Source: Candidatus Latescibacterota bacterium (GTDB lineage Bacteria > Latescibacterota > UBA2968 > UBA8231). From it: 64,000 bases of DNA. Of this stretch, positions 56,455-64,000 are shown piece by piece (the stretch's first letter is position 1; every line of letters begins with the position of its first letter). The stretch is taken from positions 1,984,001 to 2,048,000 of the forward strand of contig CBDAOB010000004.1 in NCBI GenBank assembly GCA_965197905.1, written 5' to 3'. A program made the translations under genes and the position numbers. The notes under the pieces are model-generated. The model was not told the DNA's origin. It saw only the letters and a list, made by a program, of their open reading frames with translations, and ran no database searches.

Positions 56455-58857
56455 ATCGCAAACCATCCTGGGCTCTCGTCGCTGTCGTCATCTTGATACT
56501 GGGCGGAGCGGCCCGCTTCCATGGGATTGACCGGGACAGAAGCGACTTTCTGTTGCCGGAACGCACCGCTCTGGGAATAGGTCAGGAGTTCTACGAATTC
56601 CACCCGGACGAAGAAACCCTCGTTCATGCCGCTTTGCAGCTAGAGACACCCCTGAGCCCGCCGACTACCTCCTATGGATTGTTGCCTATCTACCTCGCAC
56701 GCGGAATCGTCGAAGCTCTTTCGATGGCGTACGAAGCCGATCTCAGCGACCTCGGCGCTTCTCCGTTCAGACCCCATCTCTTTGTTGCCGTAAGACTCTT
56801 CTCGGCCGGTCTTTCGATGCTGTGCCTGATTGGGCTGTGGGTCTTGGGGCGAGCGTATTTCAGTAGCTCCGTTGCGGCTCTTTCCACCGCCCTATTCGCA
56901 GCGTTTCCCATAGCCATTCAGCTCGCCCACTATTACACCGTCGACGGTGTCTTCACTCTAATGGTAGTGATCGCCAGTGCCTGTTTTATCAACGCGATCC
57001 GGTCATACCGGTATGACCTGTACTTTTTATGCGGTATCTGTATCGGGCTGACCGCGGCTGTCCGTCTCAACGGACTGTTGCTGCTCCCAACCCTCATCGT
57101 TGCCCATTGTGCCCTCGGCCCCGCCGAAAAGTCGCTCGTATCTCGGTTGAGACAGGCGGCTGACCTCAGGTTGTGGTGTGCCGGCGTCACAGCGGTGGTG
57201 ACCCTCCTCCTGTTACAACCGTATCTGCTGGTTCAACCCGAGTTGATGATGCGGGCAGAATCTTCGAATGACTTCGGGTTCTCAGCCCTGGTCGCCGGAG
57301 GAGAAATATTGCGACCGTGGTCGTTGTTCGATATCTCAACGCCGCCGTTTGTCCACTACCTTGCCAGGCTCATCCCTCTGGCTACGGGTTGGCCGATGGC
57401 CGCAATTTTGGTTCCGGCGATCATCCATGGTTTGTGGCGGGGCTCGATACCGAGGACCGTCTGTGCGACCTGGCTGTTGTTATACTTCGCGACGATCGGA
57501 GGACAGCACACGAAACACGTGCGTTATCTGCTGCCCATGTTGCCGGCGGCATCCTTGCTCGTGGCAGATCTTTGCGTCGCCTTCTACCTAAAGTTCCGCT
57601 CTACCGGCGCCAGAATGTTTACATGTTGCGCTATTGCCGCCCTCATCGGCTACACCTCCCTGTACGGCGTCGCCTTCGCCACGATCTATTCCGACGAGGA
57701 CAGTCGCATCACAGCCGGTAGGTGGGTGGAGGAAAACGTGCCCGCCGGAACTACGATCGGCCTGGAACGAGGTGGATTCTCCGTCCGGTCGACCATCAGT
57801 AGCACACGGTATCGCCACGAGCTGCGAAACCGGATTCCATTTTGGCACGCGGGGGTATCTGAGTTGCCGGGCGGCGACTCGAGTGCTCGAAGAGAGACTA
57901 CAGAAAATGAAGGTTCTCGTGATCGCTCAAGAGAATCGCAGCTGGCAGTTTCAAGCCGCAAGGGACCTTTACCCGGCTCTTTCGAGCTTCTACGAAGATC
58001 TCACACTCGGGATCTTGGGGTTCGAGCAGGTCCAGCTGCTTAAACAAGAGCCGTCTCTCTTTGGTCTTGGATTCGGGGAACCTAGATCCGATCCGTCCTT
58101 TACCGGATACGATCATCCCACGGTGCTGATATTCCGCAAAGCCAGCACCTTTCCCGAGCAGTTTGCGGCCTGGCAGAACAAGCTATTTCAGGAATCGGGA
58201 TGTGTGGATATTGCGTTCGAGGGGGCGGTTGAAGCTCTTCGGAAAAACCGCTTGGATCGGGTGGAGCAGTCAGTTCACAAAATCCGCCGGCTCGATCCCG
58301 ATGCCCTATACGTTCTACTCTTGCTCGCGGAAGGCATGCATCGGTCCGGAAAGTTGGACATGGAAGACAAGGCACTGGAAGGGTTCATGCGGGGTTACAG
58401 CGATCGCTCTCGATCGCTGTATCTGTTGCCATGGGCGACGGCTTCAAGCTATTTGATCGTTGGGCTCGAGGACCTGGCGTTGAGCGCCCTCCGAGACGGG
58501 GTGCACAAATCCCTCTTTGTGAAGGGCGCAGACCGGCGCAAGATGGCCAGTTCCTATCTCGACCTGGCCAACCGGTTGTACCTCCAGCACCAGATCCTTT
58601 CAGCAGAGCAGGTCTATCAGCTTGCCAACAGGATCCAGCCGGAGGTGACGGCACACAACGCGCTGGCATTGATCGCCTACAATCGAGGCCATTTTTCAAG
58701 CGCCGCCAGCTACTGGCAGGAATCGTTGGAACTCGAAGGGACACAAGCCGACGTACACGGCTACCTGGCGGAGCTCATGAGGAATCAACTCGGCGATCCA
58801 CACAAAGCCAGATTTCATTTACGACGCGCAGCAGAATTGAATCCCGATAACCTGTAA
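56451..58857 (+). pseudogene. GT-C/TPR paralog with a frameshift near 57825 (pseudogene or sequence error)
   Basis: N-terminal half (FHPDEE...GLERGGF) and C-terminal half (YLSC...DPSFTGYDHP...TPR) are in different frames but colinear with 53986-56454; GTG start overlaps the upstream TGA. Confidence 0.78.
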
Positions 58858-58873
58858 CCAATACGGAGGGACC

Positions 58874-59302
58874 ATGGCCGGTTATTATCTGTGGATGAAA
58901 GCCGTTCACATTATATCCATTCTCGTTTGGATGGGTGGTTTGTTGTTTTTTCCCTGGGTGCTGTTCTACCAGGCTCGGGAATCCAGCAGCGAAGCGCTAA
59001 CCGCCTTTGGAAAGACGGTGATGCGAGGGTTGATCAACCCGGCAGCAGTGCTGGCGTTAGTCACGGGCGTGTTGCTGATAATTGTCACGGGGGCCGGGGC
59101 GCCCGGATCCGGCGCTTGGATGCACCTCAAGATCGTTCTCATCCTCATGATCGGGGCCGTGCACGGAATTCTCTCCAAACATCGCAGGCTTGGCGAACGA
59201 GGCGAATCGACCAAGTCGCCGGCTTATTTCCGCGTCCTCTTCTATATCTTGTTGGCGCTGGCCATAGCGGTGGTATTCACCGTCGTCATGAAACCGTTCT
59301 AA
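58874..59302 (+). CDS. HemJ/CopD-like (UPF0093) membrane protein
   Basis: YLWMKAVHIISILVWMGGL, INPA, WMHLK, C-terminal VVMKPF. Confidence 0.75.
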   Translation: MAGYYLWMKAVHIISILVWMGGLLFFPWVLFYQARESSSEALTAFGKTVMRGLINPAAVLALVTGVLLIIVTGAGAPGSGAWMHLKIVLILMIGAVHGILSKHRRLGERGESTKSPAYFRVLFYILLALAIAVVFTVVMKPF

Positions 59303-59350
59303 CTTCGCCTTGCGAACCCTTTAGTTTCACGTGGGTATGGATGGAGCGCG

Positions 59351-60385
59351 ATGGCCAGTTTGATCGAGTGTGTTCCCAACTTCAGTGAAGGGCGAGCGCA
59401 CGGAAAAATCCGGAAAATTGTCGATGCACTTGTCAGGGATCCGAAGGTAGCGCTACTAGGGAGCGAACCGGGGGCCGGCGCCAACCGAACGGTGGTAACC
59501 ATCGCCGCCCCTCCCGGTGCGGTAGTGGACGCTGCGTTTCGCGGCATCGAAGCCGCCGCAAGCTGCATTGACATGCGCAAGCACCTGGGCGCACACCAAC
59601 GAATTGGGGCCACGGACGTATGTCCCTTTGTCCCGCTCACAGACGCAACCATGCAAGAGTGTGTTTCCTTGGCTAGGGAATTGGGTGCTCGCGTGGGAGA
59701 AAAGCTCGGTATTGCGGTTTACCTCTACGGTGAGGCTGCGACCCAACCGGAACGGCGGAAACTCACGGATGTACGTCGAGGCCAATACGAATCCCTCGAG
59801 TCAAAGCTGCGTACCGTTGAAGGTGCTCCGGACTTCGGACCGACCCAGCTAAACCCGAAGGCCGGCGCAACCGCGATCGGGGCGCGGGATTTTCTCATTG
59901 CCTGGAACGTAAATCTGGACAGTAAGGACGCCGTTCTCGCCGAGCGAATTGCGGCTATGCTCCGGGAAAGCGGGGGGCCGAAGCGCGACCCCACCGGGAT
60001 CGTAGAGCGGGATGGCAACGGCTGCCCGCTTCGCGTGCCGGGCCGGTTCAAGAGATTACAAGGCAGGGGATGGTTTATTCCCGAGCACGGCTGTGCGCAG
60101 ATCTCGTTCAATCTTCTCGATTACCGCACTTCGAGTTTGCGCGATATTTTCGAGGCCTGCCGCTCCGAAGCCGAGAGGTTAGGAAGTCGTGTAACCGGCA
60201 GCGAACTGATCGGCCTGGCGCCTTTGGAGGCGTTGTTGATGGCGGGAAAGAGCTATGTTCGTGAGCCCGACAACGACACGGTTCTTGTGGCAGCCGCCAT
60301 CGAGGGACTCGGCCTCAGCGGCCTGCGCCCATTTAATCCGAACGAGCGAATTATCGAATATGCGCTGAGGGCAACGCCGCGATGA
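59351..60385 (+). CDS. ftcD: Glutamate formimidoyltransferase (no cyclodeaminase domain)
   Basis: IECVPNFSEGR, NRTVVT, GATDVCPFVP, GARDFLIAWN, GSELIGL. Confidence 0.92.
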   Translation: MASLIECVPNFSEGRAHGKIRKIVDALVRDPKVALLGSEPGAGANRTVVTIAAPPGAVVDAAFRGIEAAASCIDMRKHLGAHQRIGATDVCPFVPLTDATMQECVSLARELGARVGEKLGIAVYLYGEAATQPERRKLTDVRRGQYESLESKLRTVEGAPDFGPTQLNPKAGATAIGARDFLIAWNVNLDSKDAVLAERIAAMLRESGGPKRDPTGIVERDGNGCPLRVPGRFKRLQGRGWFIPEHGCAQISFNLLDYRTSSLRDIFEACRSEAERLGSRVTGSELIGLAPLEALLMAGKSYVREPDNDTVLVAAAIEGLGLSGLRPFNPNERIIEYALRATPR

Positions 60386-60400
60386 CGCGAGGCTTTGGTG

Positions 60401-61279
60401 TCAGTAGAGCGTTCGATGCAGACGTTGCGGATAATCGGCAACGACCTCATTGTGCCGACCTAACAAGCGAAAAACAGCCACCATGGCATCCTTGGCGGTG
60501 CCGTCACGAAATCCCTTGTCGCGCTCGATAATCGCGAACCATTCTCTTAGGGCCGTGGCAAAATCGTCGTCCGCCGCGGCACAGCTGGCGACATTGAAAC
60601 GGGCATCCAGGTCGTCGGGATCCGCCGCCAATCTCGCGCGACACTGCGCCTCGCCACCGGCATCCTGGCAGGTGCGGACGAATCCGATTTGGGCCAGCAG
60701 CGCGTGGGCTTTTTCATATTCCGCATCTCCAGGTTCCACCCGCTTGACCAGCTCCTCCACCTGATCGAAATCCCCCTGTCGCAGCCGAATCTTAGCCAAC
60801 CCGAGGATGGCCTCGCTGTTGTCTTCGTTTTCCTGGAGCTGTGACTCGAACACATCTGCTGCTGACTGCAAGTCGCCCGCATCCACCAGATCGCGGGCCT
60901 CGTTCAATCGATCTTCCGCCTCGTTGTCTTCCGGCAGCACCACCAGAGGTCGAAGCAGCTTCTCAACCTCCTCCTTCGGCAGCGCCCCTGTAAATTCCTG
61001 AACCAGGCGTCCGTCCTTGACGATCTTGACAGCCGGGATCCCTTGAACCCCAAAGGCCATGGCCAGCTGTTGATTGTCATCCACATTGACCTTGGCCAAG
61101 GCGATGTCCGGACCCAGGGAATTCACCACCTCCTCCAGGATCGGTCCCAACGCGCGGCACGGGCCACACCAAGGGGCCCAGAAATCGATCACAATCGTTC
61201 GATCCTTGGAACCCTCGATCACGACCTCCTCGAATTCGGAAGCCTCGACATCGAATATCTTGGCGTTTAACGATTCCAT
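60401..61279 (-). CDS. Thioredoxin-TPR chaperedoxin (YbbN/CnoX family)
   Basis: DFWAPWCGPC followed by a TPR region. Confidence 0.9.
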   Translation of the reverse strand: MESLNAKIFDVEASEFEEVVIEGSKDRTIVIDFWAPWCGPCRALGPILEEVVNSLGPDIALAKVNVDDNQQLAMAFGVQGIPAVKIVKDGRLVQEFTGALPKEEVEKLLRPLVVLPEDNEAEDRLNEARDLVDAGDLQSAADVFESQLQENEDNSEAILGLAKIRLRQGDFDQVEELVKRVEPGDAEYEKAHALLAQIGFVRTCQDAGGEAQCRARLAADPDDLDARFNVASCAAADDDFATALREWFAIIERDKGFRDGTAKDAMVAVFRLLGRHNEVVADYPQRLHRTLY

Positions 61280-61371
61280 AATTATTCCTCCATAATACCT
61301 TCAAGCCCCATGTTGGCTGCTTGTCCGGATTTCGTGCATTGGATGCAAGGTTGTTGAAAAAAGTCGCATCG

Positions 61372-62421
61372 CTACTGCGATCTGCCGCGCCCCGCTATCT
61401 CCCACTCGTCCACAACCTCGCCGTTTCTGACCGGATATATCCGATCGTGGAGGTTGGTGGTCATGCCTCCATGAAGCGGAATGAACGACATGACGTCTCC
61501 CACTGCGAATGCGTGGGCCGAGCCGTCGACGTTGAGTTCGCCGTGTTCGACGTACATCTTTTCGAACCAAATCTCTGGGTGCTCGATGCAATAGCCGTAC
61601 GGAATGGGGGGATAGCTGGCAAGGGCTTTCATGCCGGCGTCAACGATAACGTGGCTGTGATGTCCAGCGCTCACGACAGTGACCACCAACCTCAGAGAGC
61701 ATCTCCCCGGGTTCAGATCGCTCCTTTCTTTGATCCGGGTCATGCCTTCGTAGGCGTAGGAGCCGATGCGGACCTCGGTGCACCCGAGTGCCTTGGATAT
61801 TTCCTCCTCTCCGGTCCCACCCCCACTTACCATGTGCAGCGGCAATCCAGCGCCGTTCATGAACGTCCTCACCTCTGCGATAAAAGGCGCCATCGACTCC
61901 ATGCTGGGGTAGGTCATGACCCCCATGAATTCCAGCCCGGGCGCACGATCGATCTCCTGGGCAAGCTCCAGGGTCTGCTGCGGCGACTGGGTTCCACATC
62001 GACCCATACCAGAGTCCATCTCTACCAGGACCCGGAGAATCAGGCCGTCCCGTGAGGCCTGGTCCGACAGACCGGCGACAACGGTTGAATTGTCTGCCGC
62101 GAGTGTGAGAGTGGCATCACTCTCGCGGATTAATTTCGACAGTCGTTCCAGCTTCGCGCGACCGAGTATATTGTACGGAATCAGGATGTCTTTGATGCCG
62201 CCGGCGACCATCGCCTCGGCCTCGCCCAGTTTCTGGGAACAGATGCCGATAGCTCCGTGGTCTATCTGCAGTTGGGCCAACCGCGGCGTTTTGTGGGTCT
62301 TCGTGTGAACCCGCAGGTCAATCTCCAGTCGATCACAGGCAGACTGAAGTGTCGTGATATTGCGCTCCAGAACATCCAAATCGACGATCAGCGCCGGCGT
62401 GTCCAGCTCGGTGTAGTGCAT
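61372..62421 (-). CDS. PLP-dependent DSD1/D-threonine aldolase-like (alanine racemase fold) enzyme
   Basis: LDTPALIVDL, RVHTKTHK, MGRCG, SGGGT, DAGMK, EHG. Confidence 0.88.
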   Translation of the reverse strand: MHYTELDTPALIVDLDVLERNITTLQSACDRLEIDLRVHTKTHKTPRLAQLQIDHGAIGICSQKLGEAEAMVAGGIKDILIPYNILGRAKLERLSKLIRESDATLTLAADNSTVVAGLSDQASRDGLILRVLVEMDSGMGRCGTQSPQQTLELAQEIDRAPGLEFMGVMTYPSMESMAPFIAEVRTFMNGAGLPLHMVSGGGTGEEEISKALGCTEVRIGSYAYEGMTRIKERSDLNPGRCSLRLVVTVVSAGHHSHVIVDAGMKALASYPPIPYGYCIEHPEIWFEKMYVEHGELNVDGSAHAFAVGDVMSFIPLHGGMTTNLHDRIYPVRNGEVVDEWEIAGRGRSQ

Positions 62422-62427
62422 CGCTTT

Positions 62428-63624
62428 CTAGCTCCCCCCTTCGAGAATCTCCAAATACCGAAACGCGTTGTAATCCCACGAGTACTCGCGGCGGACGTAC
62501 TCCTTCGCCTCCTCGCGTTTCGCGTCTTTATCAGCGTCTGACAAGCGATAGAATCGGTGAATCTGCTCCACAAATTCCGGGTAGTTGTTGGGCTCGACCA
62601 GGTAACCTCCCTCGCGCACGCTCTCTACGATGGCATCTACGGCGAACGCCACCACAGGAAGGCCCGCATACATACCTTCCAGCTGCGTCATTCCGAAACC
62701 TTCTGCATCGTGGGGGGTAGGTATGTTCGGAAAGAGGAAAAGATCGGCGCTCTGCCGCAACATGGCTACCACCTCTTCCGGTTGGTGCCCCACGAGCACG
62801 AGCCGCTCGCGAAGATTGGGGTGGGTCTGTAAAGCAGCTATGCGCTCGAAATCCGGCCCACCTCCGCAGACGACCACTTTGATGTCCGGATCGAGCATAA
62901 GCATGCCCTTCTCGAGAAATGCGGCGACGCCTTTCCGCGGAATCAGGCGACCGAAATTGAGAAGCACCCGCTCGCTGAATCGCATCCCGTGCTCATCTTC
63001 GAACCGTTTTGCGAGTTCCCGGCAGCGGTCGGATGGTAGCATCAAAGGTTCGATGCCTACATAGACGACCTCGATTTTGTCCTCAGGTATGCCTGCTCGA
63101 ACGGCAAGCTGCCGCGAGTACTGGCTGATCGCGACGACTCGATCACAACTCAGCGCGCCGCGCTTCATGAGCGTGCGGGCAATCCAATTACCGTAGGTCA
63201 TCTCCAAGGCGTAGATGGTGACTACGAAACGCACCGAACCCAGGTGTCGGAGCAGGGGAGCCATCGCCCCAGCCACCCCGTCACCAAAGTAGACCACGTC
63301 CACTTTTCGAAACACGACCGAGAACAGTGTCACGACGAAGGCGAACGGCAGAAACCATATCAAGTGTATGAGTGACTGACGATCCAGGGCCACCAACCTC
63401 ACATCCCTGTCGGTGGCAAGCCGCTTGTGCAGTTCGAAGCAATGTCTCTGTATTCCGCCGAGGGTGGGCGGAAACCGACGGGCGATGAAGAGAATTCTTG
63501 AGTTGGCGATAATCGAGCTCTCGTGGGGGCGGATTCGCCACAGCGAGGTGTTGATCCGCCGTGCGTGTCCCTCAAAATACCCAAATCTCATCTGGGAATC
63601 CAACGAACATCCCACCATTCTCAA
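62428..63624 (-). CDS. GT4-family glycosyltransferase (true start probably near 63515)
   Basis: FPPTLGGIQ, FGRLIPRKG, EGFGMTQLE. Confidence 0.9.
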   Translation of the reverse strand: MRMVGCSLDSQMRFGYFEGHARRINTSLWRIRPHESSIIANSRILFIARRFPPTLGGIQRHCFELHKRLATDRDVRLVALDRQSLIHLIWFLPFAFVVTLFSVVFRKVDVVYFGDGVAGAMAPLLRHLGSVRFVVTIYALEMTYGNWIARTLMKRGALSCDRVVAISQYSRQLAVRAGIPEDKIEVVYVGIEPLMLPSDRCRELAKRFEDEHGMRFSERVLLNFGRLIPRKGVAAFLEKGMLMLDPDIKVVVCGGGPDFERIAALQTHPNLRERLVLVGHQPEEVVAMLRQSADLFLFPNIPTPHDAEGFGMTQLEGMYAGLPVVAFAVDAIVESVREGGYLVEPNNYPEFVEQIHRFYRLSDADKDAKREEAKEYVRREYSWDYNAFRYLEILEGGS

Positions 63625-63629
63625 TCTTC

Positions 63630-63658
63630 TTGACAGTCGTCCCTTCCGATTGTATACA
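63630..63658 (+). promoter_or_regulatory. Putative sigma70 promoter for the aquaporin gene
   Basis: TTGACA-17 nt-TATACA. Confidence 0.55.
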
Positions 63659-63705
63659 TTTGGGACACAACGCGATCGAATGACTTACGGAGGGAGGATT
63701 TCGAT

Positions 63706-64000
63706 ATGGAAAGTCCGGTAAAGAGTTACTTGGCCGAGTTGCTGGGAACGTTCGTTCTCGTGTTCGTGGGTACTTCGGTAGCCACCTTGCAGGGATTTCT
63801 AAGCGGCTACGGAGACACCGGTTGGCTGGGAATCTCGTTTGCTTTCGGGTTCACACTCATGGTTCTGGTTTGGGTGATCGGACCCGCTTCGGGTTGTCAC
63901 ATCAACCCTGCCGTTACCATCGCTATGGCGTTGGCCGGCCGACATGCCTGGTCCCGAGTACCTGGATACGTTGTTGCCCAATTGATCGGTGCAACGGCGG
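63706..64000 (+). CDS. MIP-family aquaporin (AqpZ-like), 3'-truncated by the window and absent from the ORF track
   Basis: MESPVKSYLAELLGTFVLVFVG...ISFAFG...SGCHINPAVT (NPA motif); RBS GGAGG. Confidence 0.92.
   Translation, partial: MESPVKSYLAELLGTFVLVFVGTSVATLQGFLSGYGDTGWLGISFAFGFTLMVLVWVIGPASGCHINPAVTIAMALAGRHAWSRVPGYVVAQLIGATA

Overview
This is a GC-rich bacterial chromosomal window. An LAQNYPNPFNP-type secretion tail and an alpha2-type GlyRS suggest the FCB superphylum (e.g. Latescibacterota-like), but that is inference. The main discovery is at 3.2-5.3 kb: three tandem, half-size DUF3179-like lipoprotein genes that the ORF track splits in two. Each has an in-frame TGA exactly where the neighbouring full-length DUF3179 paralog (7664-9124) has Cys, followed by a conserved SECIS-like hairpin, so they are candidate exported selenoproteins. 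They lie in a co-oriented run with an orphan sensor kinase, an outer-membrane barrel and an ArsS-type radical SAM gene. The second discovery is an ORF-less 749-nt group II intron (44902-45650) with intact domains V/VI and an 8-bp EBS1-IBS1 match to its flank. The window also holds a two-permease RND/TolC efflux operon, a histone-H1-like/SWIB fusion, and an internally duplicated UxaA-family dehydratase. A housekeeping block runs proC-hisH-hisF-proB-ftsB-recO-glyQS-tRNA-Leu-tig-clpP-clpX-yihA-purA-prpB-prpC. A glycosylation locus carries three GT-C/TPR paralogs, one of them frameshifted. All calls come from motif recognition by eye; no database searches were run.
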